Positions 29,988-39,919 of a stretch of 64,000 nt of DNA are shown in pieces (position 1 is the stretch's first letter; every line of letters begins with the position of its first letter). The translations under genes and the position numbers were made by a program. The notes beneath the pieces are model-generated. The model was given only the letters and a program-made list of their open reading frames with translations, was not told the origin of the DNA and searched no databases. This DNA is from Minisyncoccia bacterium (lineage in GTDB: Bacteria > Patescibacteriota > Minisyncoccia > Phycocordibacterales > UBA9973), in assembly GCA_038322745.1 (NCBI GenBank), contig JBBQGF010000001.1, positions 19,258-83,257 of the forward strand, in the 5' to 3' direction.

Positions 29988-30521
29988 ATGGATCCAAATG
30001 CAATAGATACTTTGTTGTATTCAAGGAATACAACACATAAAGAAAGTCACGCTGATAAGTATATAGATCATTTTCTGGAACAATACCGAATTTATATACA
30101 TATATTTAATAGTACTAACGATAGAAGAAATAAAGCTAATGAATTTTTCTTAGGATTGAATACTGCTATTATTGGAGTTCTGGGTTATCTAGAGACAAAA
30201 GGTCATACAAGCAATAATTCCATTATTTTCCTTTTCGCACCTTTTGTTGGCATTGCTATATGTTATAGTTGGTTTCAAATAATTAAAACTTATAGAAATA
30301 TAAATAGGGCTAAATTCCAAGTTATACACAATGTGGAAAAAAGTTTACCTATATCTCTATTTGAAACTGAATGGGAACTACTAAAAAAAGGTAAAAAAGA
30401 AAATAAATATTTTCCTTTATCTTTAACCGAAAGAAAAATTCCAATAATATTCATATTCTTATACATGGCAATATTTATATCAAGTTTACCTCTTACTATT
30501 ATTACTAATATAATTAAATAA
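29988..30521 (+). CDS. hypothetical 3-TM membrane protein (possibly SLATT/DUF4231-like)
   Basis: Soluble N-terminal helix (YRIYIHIFNSTNDRRNKANEFFLGL), then 2 TM, then a C-terminal TM. The family assignment rests on architecture alone. Confidence 0.45.
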   Translation: MDPNAIDTLLYSRNTTHKESHADKYIDHFLEQYRIYIHIFNSTNDRRNKANEFFLGLNTAIIGVLGYLETKGHTSNNSIIFLFAPFVGIAICYSWFQIIKTYRNINRAKFQVIHNVEKSLPISLFETEWELLKKGKKENKYFPLSLTERKIPIIFIFLYMAIFISSLPLTIITNIIK

Positions 30522-30525
30522 AATA

Positions 30526-30553
30526 AAACGACTAGGTTATGCCTAGTCGTTTT
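30526..30553. terminator. bidirectional terminator
   Basis: aaacgactagg / cctagtcgttt 11-bp stem between convergent genes. Confidence 0.75.
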
Positions 30554-30563
30554 ATATATATAA

Positions 30564-31136
30564 TTAATTTATATCCATAGCTTTCAATAGTGAGTCTAAT
30601 CCTGTATGTTTTTCAGCTGAATAGAGGATTATAGGGTATTTGTCAACTATTTTTTCTGTCGATTTAACAACTTTTGTTTTTTCATTTTGATTTACCTTGT
30701 CCATTTTATTTATTATTATGTAAATATTTTTACCATGTTCTTCTAAACTTTCAAACATATCTATATCAGAATCAGTCATCCCAACCCTTGCATCTATAAT
30801 AAGGAAAATTTTATCTTGAACTTTATTATACTCAAAGAAATACCAGTTTATTCTTTCTGTAATAAGTTGTTTTTGGTCACGAGAGCCACGAGCATAACCA
30901 TATCCAGGGAGGTCAACTAAATAAAAAGAATTATTAATTAAAAATAAATTTATTTCTTGAGTACGTCCCGCAGTAGCACTTGAGCGTGCTAATTTCTTGT
31001 TGTTACATATTGAATTTATAACACTAGATTTGCCAACATTTGAACGTCCAATAAAAGCTATTTGAGGTAGCTCATCTGTAACCATATTTTCTTCATTCGT
31101 GACACCTCTAGTAAATATAGCTGTTTTAATTTTCAT
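30564..31136 (-). CDS. engB: ribosome biogenesis GTP-binding protein YsxC/EngB
   Basis: G1 GRSNVGKSS, G3 DLPGYG, G4 NKMDK. Confidence 0.9.
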   Translation of the reverse strand: MKIKTAIFTRGVTNEENMVTDELPQIAFIGRSNVGKSSVINSICNNKKLARSSATAGRTQEINLFLINNSFYLVDLPGYGYARGSRDQKQLITERINWYFFEYNKVQDKIFLIIDARVGMTDSDIDMFESLEEHGKNIYIIINKMDKVNQNEKTKVVKSTEKIVDKYPIILYSAEKHTGLDSLLKAMDIN

Positions 31137-31208
31137 GTTTTTGATTATACCAGAAATTACTATTATGTCTAATTAAAGAAATAATATGCCTTTAAATATA
31201 TAAGGATA

Positions 31209-31373
31209 TTATCTCTTATGTTCACGCCAGTCATAGTCTTCCTCCTCATCATCTTTCTTACTTACGATAGGTGAGCCACAATTTTGACAAATATCATCAT
31301 ATGAGCGTAAACCACAACGTGGACAAAATGTATCTTTATTATTTGTTTCTTCTTCTATAATTTCTTCATCCAT
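31209..31373 (-). CDS. putative 54-aa zinc-ribbon protein
   Basis: Unlisted ORF MDEEIIEEETNNKDTFCPRCGLRSYDDICQNCGSPIVSKKDDEEEDYDWREHKR with CxxC...CxxC and acidic termini. Confidence 0.4.
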   Translation of the reverse strand: MDEEIIEEETNNKDTFCPRCGLRSYDDICQNCGSPIVSKKDDEEEDYDWREHKR

Positions 31374-31472
31374 CTTTATATTGTATTATGTTTATATCTT
31401 GGAGACAAGTGTTTAAAATTATGTACTTATTAATTTTCAAAATATTAATAAATATAGTATAATAACCATATT

Positions 31473-32273
31473 ATGGAATCAAAAACAAAAATAGTAGCAA
31501 CCATAGGCCCATCCTGTGAGAATAAAGAAGTAATAATAGAACTTATTAAACATAATTTAAATATAGCTAGATTAAATTTTTCTTGGGATACACATGAAGG
31601 TCATAAAAAAATAATTGATAATATTCGTGCTGCATCAATTGAAACTGGAATAAAAATCGAAATAATGCAAGATTTATCTGGCCCTCGTGTACAAGAAACT
31701 AGCGGACATCATTTCGGAGGAGCTAATGATACAAAAGCAATTACTGAAAAAGACATATCAGATTTGGCTTTTGGTATTGAACAAGGAGTTGATTATGTTG
31801 CACTATCATTTGTGGGCAATGCTAGTGATATTATTGAACTTAGGAGTCTCATAAAAGATAAGGGTGGAAACCAGAAAATAATAGCGAAAATTGAGCGTAA
31901 ATTAGCATACGAGAATTTAGATGAAATACTTGAAGTTACAGATGGAATTATGGTTGCTCGTGGAGATTTAGGTAATGAATATCCATTAGAAGAGATACCT
32001 TTTATTCAGCATCAGATTATAGAGAAATCAAACAAAAAAGGGAAAATGGTTATAGTTGCGACTCAAATGATGCTTTCAATGGTAAATAATCCTATTCCTA
32101 CTCGTGCTGAAGTCTCAGATGTTGCTTACGCAATAATTGATGGAGCAGATGGTGTAATGCTTTCAGAAGAATCAGCTACTGGTAAATATCCAATTGAAAC
32201 TGTAACAATGATGGAAAAAATAGCATTGGCGTCAGAAAAACATTTAATTATAAATGATATTAAAATTGATTAA
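31473..32273 (+). CDS. pyk: pyruvate kinase, miniaturised (266 aa; reduced lid, no C-terminal domain)
   Basis: KIVATIGPS...[13 protein letters not shown]...DLSGPRVQ...MVARGDLG...VATQMMLSM are PK A-domain motifs. Confidence 0.8.
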   Translation: MESKTKIVATIGPSCENKEVIIELIKHNLNIARLNFSWDTHEGHKKIIDNIRAASIETGIKIEIMQDLSGPRVQETSGHHFGGANDTKAITEKDISDLAFGIEQGVDYVALSFVGNASDIIELRSLIKDKGGNQKIIAKIERKLAYENLDEILEVTDGIMVARGDLGNEYPLEEIPFIQHQIIEKSNKKGKMVIVATQMMLSMVNNPIPTRAEVSDVAYAIIDGADGVMLSEESATGKYPIETVTMMEKIALASEKHLIINDIKID

Positions 32274-32279
32274 TAAAAT

Positions 32280-33251
32280 ATGACTAAACATATATACATC
32301 ACAAGAAAAATTCCAGAAGCTGGATTAAAATTATTGAAGGAAAATGGAATATCGTTTGATATGGGAGAAAGTAAACTTCCTCCAACAAAAAAAGAAATAA
32401 TAAAAATACTTAAAAAGAAACCATACGATGGGGTTATTTCTTTTCTCACTGATACAATAGACACCGAAATATATGATGCATGTCCGACTTCTAAAATTTT
32501 TGCAAACTTCTCTGTTGGATTTAATAATATTGATTTAGAAGCCGCAAAGAAAAAGGGGATAGAAGTTTCGAATACTCCTGGAACTTCAAATACAGCTGTT
32601 GCAGAGCATACAGTAGCTCTAATGATGGCACTCACTACACGATTAGTAGAGGGTGATAAATATATGCGAAGTGGTAAATATAAAGGATGGGACCCTGAAT
32701 TACTAGTTGGAACAGATTTAAAAGAAAAAGTTATTGGAATAATTGGAGGAGGAGCTATCGGTGTCGAAGTTGCAAAAATTCTTCATGAAGGTTTCGGTTC
32801 TAGTATTATATATAGTGATGTTGTAAGTAACCCAACGATAGAAAAAGAAGAACATGCTATAAGAAAAGAAACTGCAGATATTTTAAAAGAAGCAGATATT
32901 ATTTCTCTTCATGTTCCACTTTTGCCTAGTACAACACACATGATTAATAAAGAATCTCTTAATACAATGAAGAAAACAGCTTTTTTAATCAATACATCTC
33001 GAGGCCCTGTTATAGATGAAAACGCATTAGTTGAAGCTCTTAAAAATAAAACTATTAGAGGTGCTGGATTAGATGTATTTGAATTTGAGCCGAAATTAGC
33101 TCGAGGACTTGCAAAGCTTGATAATGTAGTACTTACACCACATATAGCATCTGCACGTGAGACTGCTCGTAATCTAATGGCAGAGATAGCAGCTAAAAAT
33201 ATAATATCAGTTCTTGAAGGCGGTAAAGCTATCAATAGTGTCATTAAATAA
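32280..33251 (+). CDS. D-isomer-specific 2-hydroxyacid dehydrogenase (possible D-lactate/glycerate DH)
   Basis: NAD-binding GIIGGGAIGVEVAK, catalytic R (NTSRG), E, H (PHIAS). Confidence 0.85.
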   Translation: MTKHIYITRKIPEAGLKLLKENGISFDMGESKLPPTKKEIIKILKKKPYDGVISFLTDTIDTEIYDACPTSKIFANFSVGFNNIDLEAAKKKGIEVSNTPGTSNTAVAEHTVALMMALTTRLVEGDKYMRSGKYKGWDPELLVGTDLKEKVIGIIGGGAIGVEVAKILHEGFGSSIIYSDVVSNPTIEKEEHAIRKETADILKEADIISLHVPLLPSTTHMINKESLNTMKKTAFLINTSRGPVIDENALVEALKNKTIRGAGLDVFEFEPKLARGLAKLDNVVLTPHIASARETARNLMAEIAAKNIISVLEGGKAINSVIK

Positions 33252-33374
33252 ATTTTTAATTATAAAATATCTTTACATTACAATATGTAAAGGTATTTTA
33301 TAATGTTAATAACTTAAATAGTATTTACTATTAATAAAGATTATAATATACATATTATTAAATAATATTAAATT

Positions 33375-34235
33375 ATGAATAAAAACATCAAATATATATC
33401 AACAATATTTATGGGTATCGCCATCATGTCGTCTGTTGTGTATGCAGAAGAAGCAGCTAAACCAATAAACACAAATCGTGCTGAATTTAAAAATGAAGTC
33501 AATCAACTTAGAGAAAATACAACAAAAGAACTTCAACAAAAAAGAGAAGCTTTCAAAAATAACTTAGAACAAGATAAAGAATCTCTTAAAAACACTAAAG
33601 TTCAAAGTAGAGAGGAAATTCAAAATATGGTGAAATCTAAGAGAGATGAATTTCAAAAAAATATAGAATTAAAAAAAGATGAATTAAAAGTTAAATTAAA
33701 TAATGCGACTGATAAATTTAAGACTGATTTAAATAAAATTAAGGATGAGAGAAAAAAAGAAAATGTAAATAAATTAGTAGAGAAAATCACTGAATTAAAT
33801 ACAAAAGCAACTAATAATCTATTTGAACAATTAAATAAAATAGAAGAAGCACTACTGAGAATAAAATCTCGTGAAGCTGATGCTAAAATAAAACTAATAG
33901 ATACAACTATGGTTGATGCATCAATCTTAAAAGCAACAAAAGCCATATCTGATGCACATGCAGCAATTATAGTTCAAAGCACATCAAAAACATATATGCC
34001 AGTTATAACAACTGATTTAACACTTAAGACAAACATGAGTACCGTTAAAGAGAGTTTTAATACTGATATTAAAGCATTACGTGATATTGTAAAAAATGCA
34101 CATACTGCTGTAAAAGAATCCGCTACTGCACTAGCACAAACCCCAAAAATAAATGAGGTTAATACTATTAAAAATAATTTAGAAGCAATTGATAATTCGG
34201 TCGAAAAAGGAAGTACAACAACTACAAATAATTAA
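33375..34235 (+). CDS. hypothetical secreted coiled-coil protein
   Basis: Signal peptide then Lys/Glu-rich heptad repeats. Confidence 0.45.
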   Translation: MNKNIKYISTIFMGIAIMSSVVYAEEAAKPINTNRAEFKNEVNQLRENTTKELQQKREAFKNNLEQDKESLKNTKVQSREEIQNMVKSKRDEFQKNIELKKDELKVKLNNATDKFKTDLNKIKDERKKENVNKLVEKITELNTKATNNLFEQLNKIEEALLRIKSREADAKIKLIDTTMVDASILKATKAISDAHAAIIVQSTSKTYMPVITTDLTLKTNMSTVKESFNTDIKALRDIVKNAHTAVKESATALAQTPKINEVNTIKNNLEAIDNSVEKGSTTTTNN

Positions 34236-34249
34236 TATATATATAATCT

Positions 34250-34504
34250 ATGTTAAAAAAAATACTTTATGGAATTTTAGTTCTAGCTATAATAATAATA
34301 ATCTCATTAATGTGGAAAGAATCTAAAACAGAAGCACCAACAACACAAATAGATAATCAAAAAGTTCCTGAACAAGTAACAGAAGTTGTAAAGGTGCAAG
34401 TGGATACTCCCGCCTCTATCAGTAGTGATTTAGATAAAATTAACGTCGACGCTGGTATTGATTCTGATCTTAATACTGTAGATACAAATATAAAGGCTCT
34501 TTAA
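34250..34504 (+). CDS. hypothetical small membrane-anchored protein
   Basis: N-terminal TM; operonic with the previous ORF. Confidence 0.4.
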   Translation: MLKKILYGILVLAIIIIISLMWKESKTEAPTTQIDNQKVPEQVTEVVKVQVDTPASISSDLDKINVDAGIDSDLNTVDTNIKAL

Positions 34505-34523
34505 TTTAGTTATTATTAAAAAC

Positions 34524-34549
34524 ACCCATAAAGACTTATGGGTTTTTTT
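34524..34549 (+). terminator. rho-independent terminator
   Basis: acccataa / ttatgggt stem plus T7. Confidence 0.75.
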
Positions 34550-34673
34550 AATATATCTTTATATACAGGTTGACAAAATAGTTTATAAGTGATATTATTA
34601 AAAAATATTGAAAAACTCCTTGTGTGTATGAGTGTTTCAATTTTAATTTTGAAACACGCAAAAATATAATAAT

Positions 34674-36098
34674 ATGTATAATAATAGAAATACAAAAGGC
34701 ACTTCAAGTGCCCGTCATTCTTCAGGTGGAAAACCTGCAGTTACAAATAAAGGAAATTATTCTCGTCCTTCATCAGGAGCAAGAACTTCTTCATTAAACA
34801 CTAGAAATAGTGCATCTAGTGCAAGAACATCTTCATATAGTAGCCCAAGAAGTGGCACATCAACCCCAAGAACATACTCTTCTAATTCAAAAATTGGAGC
34901 ACCTCAGAATCGTTTCGGTGGATCTAGTCATGGAAATAGAAGTGGTGGATCATCTCGTTCTCGTGGTGGTGGAAACAAGAGAAGTAAATCATTTGAAAGA
35001 ATAGATGTATCTAGATTTATAAGTAAATCTACAGTAGTTGAAAAAGAAGAAATTTATCTTCCAATCCATACATTTAATGATTTCAAGATTGATGCAAAAT
35101 TAAAACTTGCTATCGCAAATAAAAATTATATCTATCCAAGCCCAATTCAAGATAAATCAATAACACATGCACTAGATGGAAGAGATATTTTAGGTATAGC
35201 AGATACTGGAACTGGTAAAACTGCCGCATTTTTAATTCCTATACTTAATAAAATAATTAAAGATGGTAGAGAAACAGCTATCATAATAGCTCCAACTCGT
35301 GAGCTTGCAATCCAAATAGAGAAAGAGTTCAATGACCTTGCTCGTAGTATGAGAATATTTGCTGTAGTGTGCGTAGGAGGAGCTCCAATATCTTTTCAAA
35401 TTAAAAGTCTTCGTCGTGAATGTAATGTTGTTATAGGTACACCAGGAAGGCTTCTTGATTTAGTAAAGCGTGGAGAGATAGATTTATCTACAACTCGCAA
35501 CGTAGTGCTTGATGAAGCCGATAGAATGCTTGATATGGGATTCGTAGATGATATAACATTCTTACTTGAAAAGACTCCTGATGACAGACAAAGTTTCTTC
35601 TTTTCTGCAACACTACCAAAACCAATAGAAAAACTTATAGAGAGATTTTCAAAAGATCCAGTCAAAGTTATGGTAAAAACTCGTGATACATCAAAAAATG
35701 TAGAACAAGATGTTATCAGACTTGCGCGTGGTATAGATAAAATAGATGTACTTTGTGATTTATTAGATAAAAAAGATGAATTCAAAAAAATATTAATTTT
35801 TTCAGAAATGAAACATGCAGTTGAAAAACTTTCTGTTGAACTTATTAAACGCGGTTATAAAGCAGGAAGTATTCATGGAGATAAACGTCATAATGAACGT
35901 CAGCGTACACTACTAAAATTTAGAAATGATGAAATCAATATTATGGTTGCAACTGATGTTGCAGCGAGAGGCTTAGATATCCCAAATGTAACTCACGTTA
36001 TAAATTACGAAATTCCTCAAACATATGATACTTATATCCATCGTATTGGCCGTACAGGTCGTGCAAACCATAAAGGTGTTGCACTTACATTCGTTTAG
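34674..36098 (+). CDS. DEAD-box ATP-dependent RNA helicase with ~110-aa N-terminal Ser/Arg/Gly-rich low-complexity extension
   Basis: Q motif, motif I ADTGTGKTAAF, DEAD (VLDEADRML), SAT, HRIGRTGRA. Confidence 0.9.
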   Translation: MYNNRNTKGTSSARHSSGGKPAVTNKGNYSRPSSGARTSSLNTRNSASSARTSSYSSPRSGTSTPRTYSSNSKIGAPQNRFGGSSHGNRSGGSSRSRGGGNKRSKSFERIDVSRFISKSTVVEKEEIYLPIHTFNDFKIDAKLKLAIANKNYIYPSPIQDKSITHALDGRDILGIADTGTGKTAAFLIPILNKIIKDGRETAIIIAPTRELAIQIEKEFNDLARSMRIFAVVCVGGAPISFQIKSLRRECNVVIGTPGRLLDLVKRGEIDLSTTRNVVLDEADRMLDMGFVDDITFLLEKTPDDRQSFFFSATLPKPIEKLIERFSKDPVKVMVKTRDTSKNVEQDVIRLARGIDKIDVLCDLLDKKDEFKKILIFSEMKHAVEKLSVELIKRGYKAGSIHGDKRHNERQRTLLKFRNDEINIMVATDVAARGLDIPNVTHVINYEIPQTYDTYIHRIGRTGRANHKGVALTFV

Positions 36099-36104
36099 AA
36101 ATTT

Positions 36105-36338
36105 ATGATATTAATTGATGTAAGAACAAAAAATGAATATGTAGGTGGGCATATAGATGGAGCAATTAATTTTGATATCATGAAAATGATGGAAGGAGAA
36201 TATCCTGATATTGATAAAAATTTAGAAATAAAAGTTTATTGTGAATCTGGTAATAGATCTATGATGGCTAAAAGTATAATGGAAAAAGTAGGATTTTTAA
36301 ATATTATTGATGCAGGTGGTATTGATAATCTAAAATAA
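36105..36338 (+). CDS. single-domain rhodanese-like sulfurtransferase
   Basis: IDVR...GHIDGAINF...YCESGNRS active-site Cys loop. Confidence 0.8.
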   Translation: MILIDVRTKNEYVGGHIDGAINFDIMKMMEGEYPDIDKNLEIKVYCESGNRSMMAKSIMEKVGFLNIIDAGGIDNLK

Positions 36339-36411
36339 TATAAAAATAACCCCTCGAGGTAATACCTCTAGGGGTTATTTTTATATGTAAGTTATATGAT
36401 ACAATTAAAAA

Positions 36412-37563
36412 ATGGAACCCTTAGCATCAAAAATCAGACCCAGAAATTTAGATGAATTTATAGGACAAGAACATCTAGTAGGTGAGAGTAAACCTCTGAA
36501 AATAGCCATAGAAAATAAGCATATTTTCTCGTTTATTCTCTGGGGACCACCTGGAGTAGGTAAAACTACTCTAGCTAAAATATACGCAAATGCTATAAAT
36601 GCTGATTATTATGAATTGTCGGCTGTTTCTGCTGGTAAAGATGATATACGAAAAATTGTAGATATAAGAGGGGAGAATAATGGCATTTTACTCGGACCTA
36701 GAATCCTTTTTCTTGATGAGATACACCGATTCAATAAGGCTCAGCAAGATTTTCTTCTTCCTTATGTTGAAAGTGGTAAATTAATACTCATAGGCGCAAC
36801 AACAGAAAATCCTAGCTTTGAAGTTATTCCAGCTCTACTTTCACGTTGTAGAGTTTTTGTTCTTGAAGAATTCTCTGATGATGATATGAGAAAAATAATA
36901 AAGAGAGCTGGAAATAAAATAAAAAAAGATGCGACAGATTGGATTATTTCTATGTCAGGTGGTGATGCAAGACAAGCTATTGCAATGATAGAAAATACCT
37001 TAAGTCTCTATAAAAATATAACAATTGAGAATCTTAAAAATACACTCCAGTCAAAATTTCTTCGTTATGATAAAAAAGCTGACGAGCACTATAATACAAT
37101 CAGTGCTTTTATAAAAAGTATGCGGGCAAGCCAACCTGATGCAGCGCTATACTATCTAGCACGAATGCTTGAAGCAGGAGAAGATCCAAAATTTATTGCG
37201 AGAAGAATGGTCATCTTTGCTAGTGAAGACATAGGACTTGCATTACCAACTGCACTCGTAGTCGCAGATGGAGTATTTAAAGCGGTTGAAGTCATAGGTA
37301 CGCCTGAATGTGCTATAAACCTAGCACATGGAGTCGTATATCTTGCAAAAGCACCAAAGGATAGAGATGTGTATGATGCATTCAGAAGTGCCCAAGAAGA
37401 TGTCATTAAATTTGGTAATCTGCCAATTCCGATGATTATCAGGAATGCGCCAACAAAACTCATGAAAGATTTAGAGTATGGAAAAGGATATGAAAAATAT
37501 ACTAAAGAAAATCTAATGCCAGATAAATTAAAAAATAAAAAATATTTAAAAGGGAAGTTGTAA
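36412..37563 (+). CDS. rarA: replication-associated recombination protein A (RarA/MgsA AAA+ ATPase)
   Basis: RPRNLDEFIGQEHLVG...ILWGPPGVGKTTLA and the C-terminal MgsA helical domain. Confidence 0.85.
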   Translation: MEPLASKIRPRNLDEFIGQEHLVGESKPLKIAIENKHIFSFILWGPPGVGKTTLAKIYANAINADYYELSAVSAGKDDIRKIVDIRGENNGILLGPRILFLDEIHRFNKAQQDFLLPYVESGKLILIGATTENPSFEVIPALLSRCRVFVLEEFSDDDMRKIIKRAGNKIKKDATDWIISMSGGDARQAIAMIENTLSLYKNITIENLKNTLQSKFLRYDKKADEHYNTISAFIKSMRASQPDAALYYLARMLEAGEDPKFIARRMVIFASEDIGLALPTALVVADGVFKAVEVIGTPECAINLAHGVVYLAKAPKDRDVYDAFRSAQEDVIKFGNLPIPMIIRNAPTKLMKDLEYGKGYEKYTKENLMPDKLKNKKYLKGKL

Positions 37564-37685
37564 TTCAAAAAAATACTCAATAATATGCAATAATCTAGCT
37601 TGTGTATAAGATATTGCATTAAATTATAAAAAGGTGTAGATTATATTTGATATAGTAAATTGTTTAACTAAAAAAAATCAAGAAC

Positions 37686-37874
37686 ATGGGATTCACTAAT
37701 GGCAAGAAGAAGAATTGCAACAATCATGTTTGCAAAATTAAAAAGCAACAAGAAAGAGAGCAAAAAAAAGAGGAAAAGGCAAAGAAAGAAGCGGCTGAAA
37801 GACTTTTAAAAAGTCAGCAAAATGAAGACCGGCTTGCGGCTAAAGAAAAACGCAAGCAATCTAAGGCAGCATAA
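37686..37874 (+). CDS. putative 62-aa Lys/Glu-rich protein
   Basis: ORF only. Low-complexity sequence, so it may be spurious. Confidence 0.25.
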   Translation: MGFTNGKKKNCNNHVCKIKKQQEREQKKEEKAKKEAAERLLKSQQNEDRLAAKEKRKQSKAA

Positions 37875-38185
37875 TATAATTGCAGCCAACAAACATTCAA
37901 AATACCAGATGTTGTTAAAATAACACTGGTATTTTTTTTATTTATTAATCAGATTGTATAATTAACTTTATACTAACTATCCATATATATTTATTAAAGA
38001 TGATGTATTGATAGTAGATATACCATCAATACATCATTCATTGTATTAATTATGTTTAATAGTGATAATTAGAGAGGTATATGTCGCAAAAGATATATTG
38101 TGCGACATTGTTGTATAATTTAACCCTTACAAATAAAAGAGCCCAGATGGGCTCTTTTATTACTTCCCCTTACATACACTAGGTA

Positions 38186-39130
38186 TTAATTTGCTTTTGC
38201 AATACATTCATTAAAAGAATGCACTTGCCCATTATAAATATTAATTTTATTTTTAATATCTATAACTAATTTATTATAATCGTTTACTAAAGAGTTGTAT
38301 TTTTCTACTTGATCCGAAGTAGTTAAACCTTCGTATATTACCCCACTCTCCACCTTTGTACGTCTTGAAGTCATATCAGCCTCCATACTCTTTATTTGCT
38401 TCTGGTCTAATATTATTATCCCTTGGAGGACTTCGTCTATGGAAGGACATGCGCTTTTAGGTAATCCAAAATGTTGAACTCCCATCCAAACTGTATTGCC
38501 ATTATAACTACCTTTACCTACAGCAACTCCAATTTCAGTGTATTGTTTTTTTAAAATATTTGCTCTGTGTCCTGGACTAGCCATCCAAGCATCAACCAAT
38601 GCTTTATCATCTTTAAAATTACCTAGGGCCAAATTCTCACCAATTATGATGTACTCGTAAGATACTTGAGTACCTAAATCACCAACACCAACTCCATCAG
38701 GAGAAATATGTTCGAAGTATCCTTTTACAAACATATCTTGTAATTTCTTTTCTGCAGAAAAATTTAATTTAGAATTCTCAGTCAGAAGCCCTAAATTACC
38801 ATTTTCTGTTCTGTATTTATTTGTAATATCTATAACTCCTTTACTTGTTAATTTAATATTTTTAGTATTGTTAGTTAATAGATTATCAGAAACTAATAGT
38901 GGTCCTGGTGTTTCTATTTTTTTAGAATTATTAGTTGTATTATTATCATTATATGTGTCTATAGATTTAGTTACTTTATCTTTTATGTTTGCAGATAAAA
39001 TTGACGTTTTATCCATCTGATTTCTTAAATAAGAAATTGTTTTAGAATAATATGAGTTGTAATCATTTTTGATAACAAAAAAAAGTACAAGGAAGATAGC
39101 TATAGCAACAATTGTATTTGATATTTTCAT
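38186..39130 (-). CDS. CAP/SCP/PR-1 domain secreted protein, membrane-anchored
   Basis: N-terminal TM. C-terminal CAP motifs (HFGLPKSACPS..., GHRANILKKQYTEIGVAV, WMASPGH). Confidence 0.7.
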   Translation of the reverse strand: MKISNTIVAIAIFLVLFFVIKNDYNSYYSKTISYLRNQMDKTSILSANIKDKVTKSIDTYNDNNTTNNSKKIETPGPLLVSDNLLTNNTKNIKLTSKGVIDITNKYRTENGNLGLLTENSKLNFSAEKKLQDMFVKGYFEHISPDGVGVGDLGTQVSYEYIIIGENLALGNFKDDKALVDAWMASPGHRANILKKQYTEIGVAVGKGSYNGNTVWMGVQHFGLPKSACPSIDEVLQGIIILDQKQIKSMEADMTSRRTKVESGVIYEGLTTSDQVEKYNSLVNDYNKLVIDIKNKINIYNGQVHSFNECIAKAN

Positions 39131-39136
39131 TTATTA

Positions 39137-39538
39137 TTATTTACATGATGTTGATAATATATAACCTGACTTTTCTGCATCTACTGATGATGCAAACCAT
39201 ACCTGATTAGCAGTAGAAATCCTCTTTGCCCCAGAACAGCCAATACTGTAATATAGTTTACCATTTTTTGAAGCTACGTACATTTTTTCTTTTACATCTT
39301 GAATATTTAGATTTGTCTTCCCTTCTAAATTACTATTTTTTGTGTATTCAATATTATCTATAGGTATGTTATTATCTTTTATAATTACATTTGAACTATT
39401 ATCACTTTCTATAACAGAAAGACGTCCTAATCCATATGAACTAATCCCTACTAATACAATTATAAAAAGACACATAAAAGTGATACCGTCAATACCTGAT
39501 TTGCCCTTGATTTTATTCATAAAATGATTTATACTCAT
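39137..39538 (-). CDS. hypothetical membrane-anchored protein with C-terminal two-Cys small domain
   Basis: TM then KLYYSIGCSGAKRI...VWFAS...AEKSGY...SCK. Operonic with the CAP protein. Confidence 0.45.
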   Translation of the reverse strand: MSINHFMNKIKGKSGIDGITFMCLFIIVLVGISSYGLGRLSVIESDNSSNVIIKDNNIPIDNIEYTKNSNLEGKTNLNIQDVKEKMYVASKNGKLYYSIGCSGAKRISTANQVWFASSVDAEKSGYILSTSCK

Positions 39539-39611
39539 ACAAGTTTAATTATAAATCATTTGTGGTTAGTTTGCCTATACCCTACACGGAAACAATCACC
39601 CTTAAATCAAT

Positions 39612-39884
39612 ATGGCACATAGAAAAGCCGGAGGTTCGGCCAAAAACTTAAAAGACTCTAATCCAAAGTATTTAGGTACTAAGCTTTATGCTGGTGAAAA
39701 AGCAAAAGCTGGGTCAATAATAATTCGTCAAAGAGGTACTAAAATTCTTCCGGGAACAAACGTAGGAATTGGTAAGGATCACACTCTATTCGCTCTAAAA
39801 CCAGGTACTATAAAATTTGGAACAAAGAGAAAAGTAAATTTCAATAGAACATCTTCAGTTAAAAAAGTAGTAAACGTAATCTAA
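39612..39884 (+). CDS. rpmA: 50S ribosomal protein L27
   Basis: [12 protein letters not shown]...[12 protein letters not shown]...GKDHTLFAL. Confidence 0.95.
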   Translation: MAHRKAGGSAKNLKDSNPKYLGTKLYAGEKAKAGSIIIRQRGTKILPGTNVGIGKDHTLFALKPGTIKFGTKRKVNFNRTSSVKKVVNVI

Positions 39885-39887
39885 TAT

Positions 39888-39919
39888 AAAAACCCTCGAT
39901 ATAATATCGAGGGTTTTTA
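39888..39919. terminator. bidirectional terminator
   Basis: aaaccctcgatat / atatcgagggttt between convergent rpmA and rplI. Confidence 0.8.
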
